Source of the DNA: Polyangiaceae bacterium
GTDB lineage: Bacteria; Myxococcota_A; Polyangia; Polyangiales; Polyangiaceae
Reading direction: 5' to 3'
Assembly: GCA_044376115.1 (NCBI GenBank)
Contig: JBILLK010000002.1
Span: forward strand, 320,001-384,000
Length of the DNA stretch: 64,000 nucleotides
Below the pieces are notes generated by a model. The model was not told where the DNA came from, did not search any database, and was given only the letters and a program-made list of their open reading frames with translations. Of this stretch, positions 50,135-61,316 are shown one piece after another (position 1 is the stretch's first letter; each line of letters opens with the position of its first letter). Both the position numbers and the translations under genes were made by a program.

Positions 50135-50719
50135 TTAACGTGGGCGCGTGGGGCGGGGAGCCGCTGAACGCGCCCGCGTGCGTTTCGAAGTAGGCGGCAA
50201 GGTCGCACCGGAGGCCTCGATCGCCGCGTGAAAGCGGGCAAACGCCAGATGCGCAAAGGCGTTGGCCAAGGCGTCGGAGGCGTCGAGTCGGGGCGAGGCT
50301 CCCAGCCCCAACAGCGAACAAATCACGCGCGCGACCTGCTCTTTGGTCGCCATACCCATCCCGGTGACAGCGCGCTTCACCCGCGACGGCGGATACTCGA
50401 AGATCGGTAAGCCGGCGCGAGCGAGCCGCAATAGCGCGACACCGCGCCCATGCCCGAGCTTGGCCGCCGCTTGCGGATCTTTGGCGTAGAAGATCGCCTC
50501 CACCACGCCGACGTTGGGCCGATACTCGAGCAGCACCTGTTCGAGCGCGTCATCGATCTCGACCAAACGCGCTGGGATCGAGCGCGTTGTATCGGTGTCC
50601 ACCACGCCGTGCGCGATGTGCGTGATCTTGGTGCCCAGCTGCTCGATCACGCCCCAGCCGACGTGACGCGTGCCCGGATCGATGCCCAGCACACGCAGCG
50701 GTTCTCGAGCAGAGGTCAT
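50135..50719 (-). CDS. ruvC: Holliday junction resolvase RuvC
   Basis: VLGIDPG, VVEAIF, EYPPSRVKRAVTG and DASDALA motifs. Confidence 0.96.
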   Translation of the reverse strand: MTSAREPLRVLGIDPGTRHVGWGVIEQLGTKITHIAHGVVDTDTTRSIPARLVEIDDALEQVLLEYRPNVGVVEAIFYAKDPQAAAKLGHGRGVALLRLARAGLPIFEYPPSRVKRAVTGMGMATKEQVARVICSLLGLGASPRLDASDALANAFAHLAFARFHAAIEASGATLPPTSKRTRARSAAPRPTRPR

Positions 50720-50729
50720 GCTTGGGCTA

Positions 50730-52157
50730 CTAGCAGCTGCGATGAGAGCCGGCGAAGATCTTGCCGGGGTTGAGCAGGCCCTGCGGATCGAAGGCCGCCT
50801 TCATGCGCTTTTGTAGGGCGATCAGCGGCTCCGGTTGTTCCAGCGGTAAGAAGCGCGCCTTGGACAAACCGATGCCGTGCTCGCCGCTGAGCGTGCCACC
50901 GAGCCGGACCACCTCGCGGAACAGCTCCTCGAGCCCCGACTCGAGCAGCGGCTCTTGTTCGAGATCGTCGTAAAGGTAGTTCACGTGCAGGTTGCCGTCC
51001 CCGGCGTGCCCGTACGTCAGCATCTTGAAGCCGATCCGCTCGCGGATGCGATCCACGGTGGCCAGCAAATCGCCGATCTTGAAGCGCGGGACCACGACGT
51101 CCTCGGAGACTTTGTATTTGGCGAGCCTGCGCGTCGCGTGCGACATCGAACGACGAGCGGCCCAAAGCCTGTCGCGCTGCGTGCCGTCTTGTGCGACCGA
51201 GACGTCGCGTGCACCGGCTTTGGTGCAACCTTCACCGGCGCGTTCGGCCTCTTCGAGCAGCGCTGCTTCGGCTCCGTCGAGCTCGATCAGCAACATGGCT
51301 CCGGCTTTGGCGTCGACGTCGATGCCTTCCGAACGTGCGGCCTCGAGCGCGAGCCGGTCGAGCAGCTCGATGCAACGTGGCACCACCTTGAGCCGCAGGA
51401 TCTCGCTCACCGCGCGGCTGCAGGCGTAGGCGTCGTCGAAGGTCGCGACCAGCGTCATCAGGCTCTGCGGCTTGGGCAGCAGCCGCAACAAGATGCGGCT
51501 CGTCACCGCCAGCGTGCCTTCACTGCCGACCAACGTCCCGACCACGTCGTAGCCGGTGACGCCCTTCTTCGTCCGCCGACCGACGAACATCGACTCGCCG
51601 CCCATCAGGTGTACGTCCAGCCCGAGCACGTAGTCGCGCGTGGTGCCGTATTTGAAGGCGCGCGGACCACCGGCGTTCTCGGCCACGTTGCCACCGAGCG
51701 CGCAGTAGGTGAGCGAGTTCGCGTCGGGCGGGTAGAACAGGCCGAGCTCTTCCACAGCGTCGTGAAGTTTGCCGAGGATCAGCCCGGGCTCGACCAACGC
51801 TGTGTGCTCGTCGCGATCGATATCGACGATCTGGTTCATGCCCAACGTCGCTAAAACGATGCCGCCACCGGCCGGAATGGCACCGCCCGATTTGCCGCTG
51901 CCGCCGGCGCGCGGCGTGACGAAGATGCCCTCTTCGGAGGCGATGCGCAGGGTGTGTTGGATGTCTTCGGGTGAGCTCGCCAGCACCACAAGATCCGGCA
52001 ACACCGGCGTGTTCTCCGACTCGTCGCCGGCGTAGGCGAGCAGGCCGTCCGGCTCGGTGATTAGCTTGCTCAAGCCGAGTTGCTGCGAGAGCCGCGACTT
52101 GGCTTTGTCGATCGCCGCAGCGGATGGGCGAGGGGAGACGGTGCGCAAAAAGCTCAT
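50730..52157 (-). CDS. FAD-linked oxidase, GlcD/D-2-hydroxyacid dehydrogenase family
   Basis: GGNVAENAGG, GSEGTL, GHAGDGNLH, SGEHGIG and LNPGK motifs. Confidence 0.92.
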   Translation of the reverse strand: MSFLRTVSPRPSAAAIDKAKSRLSQQLGLSKLITEPDGLLAYAGDESENTPVLPDLVVLASSPEDIQHTLRIASEEGIFVTPRAGGSGKSGGAIPAGGGIVLATLGMNQIVDIDRDEHTALVEPGLILGKLHDAVEELGLFYPPDANSLTYCALGGNVAENAGGPRAFKYGTTRDYVLGLDVHLMGGESMFVGRRTKKGVTGYDVVGTLVGSEGTLAVTSRILLRLLPKPQSLMTLVATFDDAYACSRAVSEILRLKVVPRCIELLDRLALEAARSEGIDVDAKAGAMLLIELDGAEAALLEEAERAGEGCTKAGARDVSVAQDGTQRDRLWAARRSMSHATRRLAKYKVSEDVVVPRFKIGDLLATVDRIRERIGFKMLTYGHAGDGNLHVNYLYDDLEQEPLLESGLEELFREVVRLGGTLSGEHGIGLSKARFLPLEQPEPLIALQKRMKAAFDPQGLLNPGKIFAGSHRSC

Positions 52158-53494
52158 GCGGGTTCCTCGAGTGCAGCGAGTTCGATCAGCGGCGCTTCAC
52201 TCGGACAACCCAAGCGAAAGGTTGCCCAGTGTCCTGCGCCGCTCGAGGTGTAGAGCGAGCTCGCCCCACGCTTGTATTCGCCCCAGAGCTGCCACTCCGG
52301 CAAGAGCGGCTCGAGCACGCTGCGTCCGCCGTAGCCGGCCTGCGCGCCATGGGTGTGACCGCTCAAGGTGAGGTTGACACCGCGCTCGGCGATGGCTTGA
52401 AAGCCGCTCGGCCGGTGGCACAGCGCGAGCGAGAAATCGACGTCGGAGGGAGCACCGTCGAGCGCCTTGTCGGCGTGCGCCGCGTAATGCGCATGGCCGC
52501 GTTTGTTCGAACCCGCTGGGTCATCGACCCCGAGCAACATCAGGCGTCGTCCAGCGTGCTGCAGCACTACATGCTCGTCATCCAACAGGCGCACAGCCGA
52601 ACGCGCGTAGTCGAGCCGAGTGGCCTTCGCGCCGCGGTAGTACTCGTGATTACCCATCACAGCGAAGTGACCGAGCGGCGCCTCGATCGTCTCGACCTCC
52701 TTGAGGGCGAACTCGAGCCAAGGCAGGTAATCGCAGATATCCCCGGTCAAAAGCACCAAGTCTGGACGTGCTTCACGAGCGCGTTCAATCAGCTCGCTCA
52801 CGCCTTTGCGGGTGATGAAGGCGCCCAAATGAAGATCGGTGATTTGCAGGATCTTCAGACCCGCGAGTTCCGGCGCAAGCCCTCGAAAGGCGAGCTTCCG
52901 CGGTTGAATCGCCGTATCGACGAAGGCGCCGCCGATGCCCAAGACCGCAGTCCCGGTCGACAGCGCCGGCACGGCGATCACAGCGCCCTCGAGCAGGCGA
53001 CGGCGGCCGAGCAGCGGTTGGGACGTCGGGGGCGGAGGCGGCGGTGCGACCTGACCGGCGGGCTCGCTTCGCGCAACGCTGGGCTCGCTGTTCGACTCGA
53101 TGCTGGCTCCAGCCTGCGCCTCGTCCGTGCTCGCTTCCGCGGCCGCTACAGCCGGCTCCGCAGCTGGTACCACCGCGGCAGGTGAGGGCGCGAGCCGGTT
53201 GAAGATCAGCCGCAACACCGTCGCGAACGGCATCGAGATGAACAGCGACAGCAGGATCACGCTGCCACCGCCGGAGAGCACCGCGCCGAAGGAGCCGATG
53301 TACGGGTTGCTGAAGGACTTGCTTACGAGACCGACGCCAAGAGCGCGCGCGAAGGCGCCCAGCGGCGCCAGCACCATCACCGCATAGAGCGCGCGCCTGA
53401 GCCACCGCTGCTTCCAAAAGCTCGGGTGAAAACGGCGCAGCAGCGCGATCACGACGCCGCCAATCAGCAGATTGAGCAGCGCTACTCGAATCAT
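52154..53494 (-). CDS. Membrane-anchored metallophosphoesterase (YkuE/YaeI-like)
   Basis: TDLH, TGD, GNHE and SGHTHG motifs. Confidence 0.92.
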   Translation of the reverse strand: MIRVALLNLLIGGVVIALLRRFHPSFWKQRWLRRALYAVMVLAPLGAFARALGVGLVSKSFSNPYIGSFGAVLSGGGSVILLSLFISMPFATVLRLIFNRLAPSPAAVVPAAEPAVAAAEASTDEAQAGASIESNSEPSVARSEPAGQVAPPPPPPTSQPLLGRRRLLEGAVIAVPALSTGTAVLGIGGAFVDTAIQPRKLAFRGLAPELAGLKILQITDLHLGAFITRKGVSELIERAREARPDLVLLTGDICDYLPWLEFALKEVETIEAPLGHFAVMGNHEYYRGAKATRLDYARSAVRLLDDEHVVLQHAGRRLMLLGVDDPAGSNKRGHAHYAAHADKALDGAPSDVDFSLALCHRPSGFQAIAERGVNLTLSGHTHGAQAGYGGRSVLEPLLPEWQLWGEYKRGASSLYTSSGAGHWATFRLGCPSEAPLIELAALEEPA

Positions 53495-53656
53495 TACTCC
53501 TCAAATCCTCCGGGTGATTGGCGCAGTATCCCAACGAGGATGATGCAGCAAACCCCTGGCGCAATAAGTTCTGTTGCCACATCCGCCTTGAGTCGAAAAA
53601 TGCTTGGCGTGTGCCCATGGGCGGGCGCTAACGTCCACAGCCCAAGCGAGGACTTT

Positions 53657-54634
53657 ATGACCAAGATCTACGAAGACAACTCCCGCAGCATCGGCAACAC
53701 GCCGCTCGTGAAGATCAACCGTCTAACGGCTGGGCTCGGCGCCACCGTGCTCGCCAAGATCGAAGCTCGGAATCCGGCCTTTTCGGTCAAATGTAGGATC
53801 GGCGCGGCGATGGTTTGGGACGCCGAGGAGAAGGGCCTGCTCAAGCCGGGCGGCGGTATCGTTGAAGCCACCAGCGGCAACACCGGCATCGCCTTGGCCT
53901 TCGCTGCAGCTGCGCGCGGTTATCGCTGTGTGCTCACCATGCCTGAGACGATGAGCATCGAGCGGCGCAAGGTTCTGGTCGCCTTCGGCGCCGAGCTGGT
54001 GTTGACGCCGGGCGCGCAGGGCATGAAGGGCGCGATCGCCAAGGCCGAGGAGTTGGCCGCCAAAGATCCTTCGCTGCATCTGATGCGGCAATTCGAGAAC
54101 CCGGCCAACCCGGCGATCCACGAGAAGACCACCGGCCCGGAGATCTGGGACGACACCGACGGTGGCGTCGACATCTTCGTATCGGGCGTTGGTACCGGTG
54201 GCACCATCACCGGCGTGAGTCGCTTCATCAAGCGCACCAAAGGCAAAGCGATCGTGACGGTGGCGGTGGAGCCGGCGCACTCACCGGTGATTTCACAGAC
54301 GGTGGCCGGCCAAGAGTTGGTGCCGGGGCCACACAAGATTCAGGGCATCGGCGCTGGTTTCGTGCCGAAGAACCTCGAGCTAGCGCTTGTGGACCGCGTG
54401 CTGCAAGTCACCAACGACGAGGCGATCGCGATGGCACGCCGCTTGGCTCGCGAGGAGGGCATCCTGTGCGGAATCTCCTGCGGCGCGGCGATGGCGGCTG
54501 CGCTCAAGGTGGCCGCTGAGCCAGAGAGCGCCGGCAAGACGATCGTGGTGGTGCTCCCCGACGGCGGTGAGCGTTACTTGAGCGGCGCCTTGTTCGAGGG
54601 TCTGTTCGAGAACATCGAGCGGATGACCGCGTGA
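53657..54634 (+). CDS. cysK: Cysteine synthase A
   Basis: [31 protein letters not shown] and HKIQGIG motifs; GAGG RBS. Confidence 0.97.
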   Translation: MTKIYEDNSRSIGNTPLVKINRLTAGLGATVLAKIEARNPAFSVKCRIGAAMVWDAEEKGLLKPGGGIVEATSGNTGIALAFAAAARGYRCVLTMPETMSIERRKVLVAFGAELVLTPGAQGMKGAIAKAEELAAKDPSLHLMRQFENPANPAIHEKTTGPEIWDDTDGGVDIFVSGVGTGGTITGVSRFIKRTKGKAIVTVAVEPAHSPVISQTVAGQELVPGPHKIQGIGAGFVPKNLELALVDRVLQVTNDEAIAMARRLAREEGILCGISCGAAMAAALKVAAEPESAGKTIVVVLPDGGERYLSGALFEGLFENIERMTA

Positions 54635-55638
54635 GCTCCGCGTCTTCCCCGTCGCAGGCAGCATCGCCGCTGCAGTCCGCCCCCGAGTCCCCGGTGAATG
54701 AGCTCAATGAGCTCGCCGAGGCGATCGTCGCAAGCTACAGGTCCGACGACCGCGGGCAGTTCCTCAATCGCCACTACCTCCCCAACCGCAAGGCGATCGC
54801 CGAGATCATCGATCTCTTCTTGGCGCTCTTTTATCCAGGCTACTTCGGTCGCCAGGACCTAACCGACGCCAACATCGAGGAGCACGTGCTCGAGCTCGTC
54901 TCCACCTTGCGGGACAAGTTGGCGCGCGAGATCGAGCTCTGCCTTTGCCACGTCGCTGAGTGCGGTCAGGTGGTGGCGCATTGTGAAGAGGAGGCGCGCA
55001 GGCTCGCCAAGCGGCTGCTCTCAACGGTGCCGGCGCTCCGTCAAACGCTGATATCGGACGTGACAGCGGCGCTCGAAGGGGACCCAGCCGCGACCAGCGT
55101 TCACGAGATCATCCTCGCGTACCCGGGCCTGCTCGCCGTCACCATCTTTCGTGTCGCGCACGAGCTTCACAAGATGGGCGTACCGCTCTTGCCCCGCATC
55201 ATGACCGAATGGGCGCACGCCCGCACCGGCGCTGACATCCACCCGGGCGCTTCGATCGGCAGCAGCTTCTTCGTCGATCACGCGACCGGCGTGGTGGTCG
55301 GGGAGACGTCGCACATCGGGGATCGGGTCAAGCTGTATCAAGGCGTCACGCTAGGGGCGCTAAGCCACCCTCGGGACGAGCAGGGGCGCGTGATTCGCAA
55401 CACCAAGCGTCACCCCACGGTCGAGGATGACGTCACCATCTACGCCAACGCCACGGTGCTCGGCGGTGCCACGGTGGTCGGGCACGGCGGCATCGTCGGT
55501 GGCTCGGTCTTCCTCACCAAATCGGTCCCGCCCGAGTCGCGGGTCGCACTCAAACAGCCGGAGCTGTTCGTCCGCACCAAAGGCTCTCCAGAGAAGGCGA
55601 GCGAGCCGCCGCTCGAGCCGCCGAAGGCTGGCGACTGA
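54631..55638 (+). CDS. cysE: Serine O-acetyltransferase
   Basis: [29 protein letters not shown] and KRHPT motifs. Confidence 0.95.
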   Translation: MSSASSPSQAASPLQSAPESPVNELNELAEAIVASYRSDDRGQFLNRHYLPNRKAIAEIIDLFLALFYPGYFGRQDLTDANIEEHVLELVSTLRDKLAREIELCLCHVAECGQVVAHCEEEARRLAKRLLSTVPALRQTLISDVTAALEGDPAATSVHEIILAYPGLLAVTIFRVAHELHKMGVPLLPRIMTEWAHARTGADIHPGASIGSSFFVDHATGVVVGETSHIGDRVKLYQGVTLGALSHPRDEQGRVIRNTKRHPTVEDDVTIYANATVLGGATVVGHGGIVGGSVFLTKSVPPESRVALKQPELFVRTKGSPEKASEPPLEPPKAGD

Positions 55639-55643
55639 CGCAA

Positions 55644-56087
55644 CTAAGCGCCGGTGGAGCCGTAGCCACCGGCGCCGCGCTCGGTGTTGTCGAGGCTGGT
55701 CACGAGCTTGAGCGTAGCGGACTCGACTCGCGCAACGACGAGCTGGGCGATGCGGAGGTGGCGTGTGATCTCGAACGGCTGCTCACCGTGGTTGATCAAA
55801 AGCACGCTCACTTCCCCGCGATAATCCGCGTCGATGGTCCCGGGAGCGTTGAGCACGGTGATCCCGTGTTTGAGCGCCAACCCAGAGCGCGGGCGCACCT
55901 GCGCCTCGAACCCGGCCGGCAGCGCGATCGCCAAACCGGTGGGGATCAACCGGCGTTGTCCGGGCGAGAGCACGATCGGCTCGTCGACTTCGGCGCTCAG
56001 ATCCATCCCGGCGGACAAGGCCGTCTGCGCCGCGGGGAGCGGCGTGTCCTCACGGCGTAGCCGTACGAGGCGAACCTCGGTGGTCAC
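55644..56087 (-). CDS. dut: dUTP diphosphatase
   Basis: [22 protein letters not shown] and [10 protein letters not shown] motifs. Confidence 0.97.
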   Translation of the reverse strand: MTTEVRLVRLRREDTPLPAAQTALSAGMDLSAEVDEPIVLSPGQRRLIPTGLAIALPAGFEAQVRPRSGLALKHGITVLNAPGTIDADYRGEVSVLLINHGEQPFEITRHLRIAQLVVARVESATLKLVTSLDNTERGAGGYGSTGA

Positions 56088-57442
56088 GAGGGCCTCGGCA
56101 CCACGTGATCGAGCTCATCGAGACCGACCAACGCTTCATCAGCGTAGACGCGGGCGCTGTCATCGAAGCCGGCGGCGACGGCGATCTTCATCAGGTCCAC
56201 CGCACGCGTTCGATCCGAAGCGCGAGCAAACATGCGGGCTGCGTCGAAGGCGTCATTGGCGTCGCGGTCACGCTTGAAACAGGCTTCGTACAAGCGGCCG
56301 GCCCACAAATAGGAGCCTTGCTCAGCCACCATCGAGGCGAGGGCGCGAGCGTCTTCGGTGCTGATGCCGTCGAAGCAGTCTACCGCGAGCGCAGCCGAAC
56401 GAGCGGGCTCACCCAGCCGCAAAAACACCTGAATCAGCGGGCCGAAGACCTCCTTCCGCGAGTCCCCCGAAAAGCGCGCTGCTTCGAGCACGTTGCGCGC
56501 CGCAACCAGATCTCCGCGAGCCAGCGCGACCGAACCATACAGCGCCGGATCCGGGGCACCGAGTTGGTTCAAGCGGTGGACGACCTCGGCCGCCTTGTCG
56601 AACATGCCTTTTTGCAGGAGCGCCCAGCCGATCAGCGTAAGCGCAGCGACGAGCGCCCGGCCGCTGGCACGATTGGCGATCGGCTCGCAGATGCTGAGCG
56701 TCTCATCCGCCCGGTCCGAATCAAGCGCGAGCTTCGCCTCTTTGAGCGCCTTGATGGTGGCCTCATCCACCGGCGTCTCGAGGTCGCGCTTGGCGCGATG
56801 AAGCTCGCCCGACTGCCGCACGGCATCGCTCACGTTGCGCAGCTGCGAGAAGGCCTGGAAGGCCGCCATCGCGAAGATAAAGACGCCGAACATCGAGCCG
56901 ACGCGCAAGGAGTAGAGCGCCGCCAGCACGCCAACGACGCCGGAGATGGTGAAGGTCCAGCGCAAACGCTTGGGGCCGAGGGCGGCTTGCAGAATATGGC
57001 CGCCGTCGAGCGGAAGCACTGGCACCAGGTTGAAGGTGCTCCACACGATGTTGGCGACAACGAAGGCGCCGAGCAGCGTCTGCAGACCCGGGTGACCAAC
57101 GTCCACGAAGCGGTCGATCAAGTAGCAGAAGCCCGCGAGCAAGTAGCCAAATAGCGGGCCTGCGAACGACACCACGATCTGCCGTGGTCGCGTCAGCGGC
57201 AGCACGATCTCCGGGATGGTTACGCCGCCGAGAAACTGCAGGCGGATGGAGGAGCGCACGCCGAAGGCCTTGAACGCGAGGGCGTGCCCGAGCTCGTGAA
57301 TCAGGATGCTGAAGAACAGCACCAAGACGAGCACCAGGATCATCGCCGGATTGGTTTGGGCGTAGGACAGACCCATGATGACCGCGGTCATCAAGAAACC
57401 TCCGGTGATCTCCACGTCGTACCCGAAGATCCTCACGTTCAT
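56084..57442 (-). CDS. Site-2 protease (M50) with C-terminal TPR region
   Basis: HELGH, AGP and [11 protein letters not shown] motifs. Confidence 0.9.
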   Translation of the reverse strand: MNVRIFGYDVEITGGFLMTAVIMGLSYAQTNPAMILVLVLVLFFSILIHELGHALAFKAFGVRSSIRLQFLGGVTIPEIVLPLTRPRQIVVSFAGPLFGYLLAGFCYLIDRFVDVGHPGLQTLLGAFVVANIVWSTFNLVPVLPLDGGHILQAALGPKRLRWTFTISGVVGVLAALYSLRVGSMFGVFIFAMAAFQAFSQLRNVSDAVRQSGELHRAKRDLETPVDEATIKALKEAKLALDSDRADETLSICEPIANRASGRALVAALTLIGWALLQKGMFDKAAEVVHRLNQLGAPDPALYGSVALARGDLVAARNVLEAARFSGDSRKEVFGPLIQVFLRLGEPARSAALAVDCFDGISTEDARALASMVAEQGSYLWAGRLYEACFKRDRDANDAFDAARMFARASDRTRAVDLMKIAVAAGFDDSARVYADEALVGLDELDHVVPRPS

Positions 57443-57594
57443 TGGGGTCTTATAGTACGGCCTGGGCGTCTGCGCAGCCGACGAGTTGCTGAACCGCTTC
57501 AGCAAGGGCCTAACGAAGTGCGGACGGACAGCCCAGGCGGCTCCGCGACCCACCGAAACTTGCCGCGCGGGGCGAACTCTGAGCCCAATACGTT

Positions 57595-58386
57595 GTGAAC
57601 TTCGTTTCGACTGTTTTGTGTTCCTTGGTTCTGGCGGGCTGCGCGGTGAGCCCATCGCCCGTTGAAAGGGCCAACGTCGCTCCGCCGTCAGCCGCAACAG
57701 CAGTAGCTCCGCCAACCGCCAAACAAGAAACAGCAGCCTCGAACGAGCAGACCAGCGCTGCGCCGAGTTCGTCGGCGGCCGCGCCCGTGACAACGCCGTT
57801 TCCAGCAAAAACGACGGTGCTCCACGTCGGAGACTCGTTCGTTCATTCAGGCCTCACCCAACGCTTGAAGGAGGTCCTTTCCGCGGATGGCGTGCGCATC
57901 ATCGCGCGAGCGCAACACAGCACCAACAGCTTGGATTGGGCCAAACGCCTGCCTGACGATATCTCGAGTACACAGCCCGATCTCGTGATCGTCACCCTGG
58001 GTGGCAACGAGATCGGCTCAAAGCACTTGGACGTTCAAGCGCGGGCGATCCGCAAGATCGTCGCCACCATCGGCGAGCGCCCCTGCGTTTGGACGACGCC
58101 GCCGTTGTGGATGCCGGAGAGCGGCCTGTTCGACACGCTGCAGGCCAACGTAGCGCCGTGTAGGTTCTTCGAGACCGATAAGCACGTGGGCCGTTACATC
58201 CCGCGACGCGAAGACAAGATCCATCCGACGGCCGAGGGAGGCGCAATTTGGGCTGATTCATTGGTTAGTTACCTGCGCAAGGAACGACTCGGCGAGCCCA
58301 AGCCGTGGTCACTCGCGCTCGCGCCGGAGCTCGAACGGAGGCCCCAAGGGCTGCGCGAGCCTCTGCCCTTGATGGCTAGCCAATGA
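57595..58386 (+). CDS. SGNH/GDSL hydrolase lipoprotein
   Basis: LAGC lipobox; GDS, LGGN and DKIH motifs. Confidence 0.85.
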   Translation: MNFVSTVLCSLVLAGCAVSPSPVERANVAPPSAATAVAPPTAKQETAASNEQTSAAPSSSAAAPVTTPFPAKTTVLHVGDSFVHSGLTQRLKEVLSADGVRIIARAQHSTNSLDWAKRLPDDISSTQPDLVIVTLGGNEIGSKHLDVQARAIRKIVATIGERPCVWTTPPLWMPESGLFDTLQANVAPCRFFETDKHVGRYIPRREDKIHPTAEGGAIWADSLVSYLRKERLGEPKPWSLALAPELERRPQGLREPLPLMASQ

Positions 58387-58422
58387 GTGCTTTACGCGCG
58401 GATCTCGGGTAGCTTGACACAC

Positions 58423-59736
58423 ATGCTTAGCCTGAACCGGTCTGCCGCTTTGTTCGCTTTGTTACTCGTTATGGGCTGCTCGTCGAACGTTGATGACTTG
58501 TTCGGTGGCAGCTCGGCGAACGGCGGTAGTGGCGCCAACAACAGCGATGGCGGCGGACCGAGCAATGGCGGCGGACCGAGCAATGGCGGCGGGCCGAGCA
58601 ATGGCGGCGGACCGAGCAATGGCGGTGGGCCGAGCAACGGTGGTGGACCGGGCAACGGCGGTGGGCCGGGCAACGGCGGCGGGCCGGGCAACGGCGGTGG
58701 AAGCTCGTGCGGAGATGGGGTGGTTAACGGCGCGGAAGACTGCGACGGCGCGCAGCTGAGCCAACAGAGCTGCGCCAGTCTCGGCTTCTCGGGCGGGGAG
58801 CTCGCCTGCGACGGGGCCTGCAAGTTCGATACGTCCGACTGTGCGAGCAGCCAGTGCGGCAACGGGATGATCGAGGCCGGCGAGGCTTGCGACGACAACA
58901 ACAACGATCCCAATGACGGTTGTTCGCCGACCTGCACGCTCCAAGGCGCCACCTGCAATTCGGCCATCCCGATCGCCGTAGCGATGGGCTCGATGACCTT
59001 TGCCGCCTCGACCTTGCCGGGCACAAGCGGCTTCGCACCGGCGAGCTGTGCCGGCGATCAACCCGGAGGCGCTGGCTCCGAGCTGTTCTTCCAGCTTACC
59101 CCCGCAGCCGACGGCATTCTGACGGTTCAGTTGTTCGCCGACAACACCAACTTCGACTCGATGTTGGTGGCCAAGACTACCTGCGCCAACGCTGAGGAGC
59201 TTTTGTGCCACGACAACTATCAGACCACCAACGGCAACAACGGAGGTGAGCTCGTCTCGGTTCCAGTCAAGGCCAACGTACCGGTGAGCATCATCGTCGA
59301 TGGCTACGCCCAGGAAGACGACGGCGATTTTGAACTCGCGATCGACCTTTCCACCGGCGATTCCTGTAGCGACCCTGTGCCGGTGTTTTTGGAGGGAGTC
59401 GCGAGAGCGCGGCTGCGTGGAACGACCACAGGCTTGGCCTCCAATGCAAGCGCTGGAGCGCCCTGTACCTCGGTCGTCGGAAACGCACTCGACGTCGTCT
59501 ACGAGGTCACGGCCCCCGCCACGGTGAACTGCCAAGCAACCCTGTCAGGGGACTTCTCACCGGTGCTCTACGCCCGTTCCACCTGCAACACAGCCAACAC
59601 CCAGGTGGCCTGCAACAACCCGCTCAACGGCGCCGCGCAGATGGACTTCGTCGCGAGCACGAGCGCTCGCTTCGTTTGGGTGGACGCAGACAACAATGCG
59701 AGCGGGAACTACCTGCTGACGCTGAACCCGGAGTAG
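58423..59736 (+). CDS. Cys-rich (DUF4215-like) lipoprotein with GGGP(S/G)N repeats
   Basis: VMGC lipobox; CGDGVVNGAEDCDG and CGNGMIEAGEACDDNN...DGCSPTC; 18-bp tandem repeats. Confidence 0.85.
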   Translation: MLSLNRSAALFALLLVMGCSSNVDDLFGGSSANGGSGANNSDGGGPSNGGGPSNGGGPSNGGGPSNGGGPSNGGGPGNGGGPGNGGGPGNGGGSSCGDGVVNGAEDCDGAQLSQQSCASLGFSGGELACDGACKFDTSDCASSQCGNGMIEAGEACDDNNNDPNDGCSPTCTLQGATCNSAIPIAVAMGSMTFAASTLPGTSGFAPASCAGDQPGGAGSELFFQLTPAADGILTVQLFADNTNFDSMLVAKTTCANAEELLCHDNYQTTNGNNGGELVSVPVKANVPVSIIVDGYAQEDDGDFELAIDLSTGDSCSDPVPVFLEGVARARLRGTTTGLASNASAGAPCTSVVGNALDVVYEVTAPATVNCQATLSGDFSPVLYARSTCNTANTQVACNNPLNGAAQMDFVASTSARFVWVDADNNASGNYLLTLNPE

Positions 59737-59739
59737 CGG

Positions 59740-60444
59740 CTAGCCTTCGCCCAGCGCCTTGGCAATCGCGTTGCGGACGTCGGCCATCAGCTCTTTGCGG
59801 CGAGCGTGGCCGTAGCTAGGCGCGTCGACGGGCGGCAGGATCGTCGCTTTGAGCTTGGCGCCCTTTTGAACCTCGAAGCTGTCGGCGCTCAAGACCCGTT
59901 CGGTTCCTTCGATGGCGATCGGCAAGATTCGCACGTTGCTGTCGAGCGCCAGGTGAAAGCCGCCGGCCTTGAACGGCCCCAGTTTGCCGGTCTTCGTGCG
60001 CGTCCCCTCGGGCGCGATCCATACGCGCAGCCCGCGCGCGATCAGCTCTTGGCTGCGTTTGAGACTGGCGCGTGCGGCCTCTTGGTGTTGGCGGTTCACT
60101 TCGATGAAGCCGGCGGCGCGCATCGCCGGGCCGAACAGCGGGACGCGGAAAAGCTCCTTCTTACCAACCATGCGCACGCTCCCTGGCGCGGCCTGAAAGA
60201 CGACCGGTATGTCGTAATAGCTGCGATGGTTGCTCATCATCACGAGCGGTTCTTTCGCCGGCAAATGTTCGCGCCCGACGACGGTGAGTTCAGCGCCAGC
60301 GTCGTCGAGCATACGCCGCGACCACCAGCTCAGGCGCTGATCGGTGGCCTGCTCGGAGAGCGTTCCGCGCGCCGAATCGGTGAGCGTGGGGACGATGATG
60401 CGCAATGTGAGTGACGCCGCTCGCGCTGAATCGAGGAACGACAT
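59740..60444 (-). CDS. plsC: 1-acyl-sn-glycerol-3-phosphate acyltransferase
   Basis: NHRSYYD (HX4D) and PEGTR motifs. Confidence 0.9.
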   Translation of the reverse strand: MSFLDSARAASLTLRIIVPTLTDSARGTLSEQATDQRLSWWSRRMLDDAGAELTVVGREHLPAKEPLVMMSNHRSYYDIPVVFQAAPGSVRMVGKKELFRVPLFGPAMRAAGFIEVNRQHQEAARASLKRSQELIARGLRVWIAPEGTRTKTGKLGPFKAGGFHLALDSNVRILPIAIEGTERVLSADSFEVQKGAKLKATILPPVDAPSYGHARRKELMADVRNAIAKALGEG

Positions 60445-60446
60445 AC

Positions 60447-61316
60447 TCAGCCGTCCACCCGCACGTCGGTGAGGAAGCCCCAGCTGCCCCAACGTTCGAA
60501 CCAGCCGCCGATCTGCGCGCTCAGCTCCGCTTGTTGCGCCTCATCGAGGCCGGCCGCAGCCACCGTGCAGGCCTCGGTCAGCGTTTCACCGTTCGCCAGC
60601 GCTTCGAGCAGTCGGAAGGCGGGCTCGCTGAGCGCTTCGAAATGAACGACCAGATCTTTGCGAAAGAGCGCGATGAAGCAAGGCGCGAGCGCAGGCTTTT
60701 CGGGCGACTCGCCGCCGCGCAACGCCTTGCGATAGAGGTGCATCGGCGAAGCGAGGACCATGCGTTTGATGAGCGGGTTGACCTGGATGCGCACGCGCGC
60801 GATCTCCTCGGGAGTGAGCGCCTGCAACTTTGTGAGCGGGAAGGGTGGGGGATCAGCCCCGTCGAAGACGTCGACGAAGGCGAGCTCATAGGTGACGGCG
60901 TCCAACGCGAGCGCGCGCAAGGTTTGACGCTCGCTCGAACCGTCGTCCTCTAGCTCGCGCCAGCGCGCGATGAACTGTGCTGCCTGCGCGCCCAAGTCGC
61001 GAAGATTCGGTGCCGTCGGAGGGATCTCGGTGAGGTAGTCACGAACGAAGGCTTCCCACAGCGGCTCTCCCAGGATCGCTCGCAGGGCTGGAAAGTCCTC
61101 GGCCAAGCAGTCCTCGTGACGCAGCCAAAACTGACGACGGTAGATATCGACCTGCTCAGCGGGCGAGAGACGGTCATTGCCGGTCACCCAGTGCTTGCAC
61201 GCTTCACGCAGCGCCTCGTCGTCATTCAAGGGGGAATGACGTTGGAACGCGGCGAGCAAGAACTGCTGGGCCTCCACGAGGGAGCGGGGCGGGGTCGGCT
61301 GATCGCGCGGTAACAT
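60447..61316 (-). CDS. DUF2063-family MNIO partner protein (BufC/HvfC-like)
   Basis: LSPAEQVDIYRRQFWLR..CLAEDFPAL..ILG; coupled to the DUF692 gene by an ATGA-type overlap. Confidence 0.85.
   Translation of the reverse strand: MLPRDQPTPPRSLVEAQQFLLAAFQRHSPLNDDEALREACKHWVTGNDRLSPAEQVDIYRRQFWLRHEDCLAEDFPALRAILGEPLWEAFVRDYLTEIPPTAPNLRDLGAQAAQFIARWRELEDDGSSERQTLRALALDAVTYELAFVDVFDGADPPPFPLTKLQALTPEEIARVRIQVNPLIKRMVLASPMHLYRKALRGGESPEKPALAPCFIALFRKDLVVHFEALSEPAFRLLEALANGETLTEACTVAAAGLDEAQQAELSAQIGGWFERWGSWGFLTDVRVDG

Noticed and set aside
50135..50719. RuvC as a Cas/TnpB-like nuclease
   Set aside because: It is a canonical short Holliday junction resolvase in a housekeeping context.
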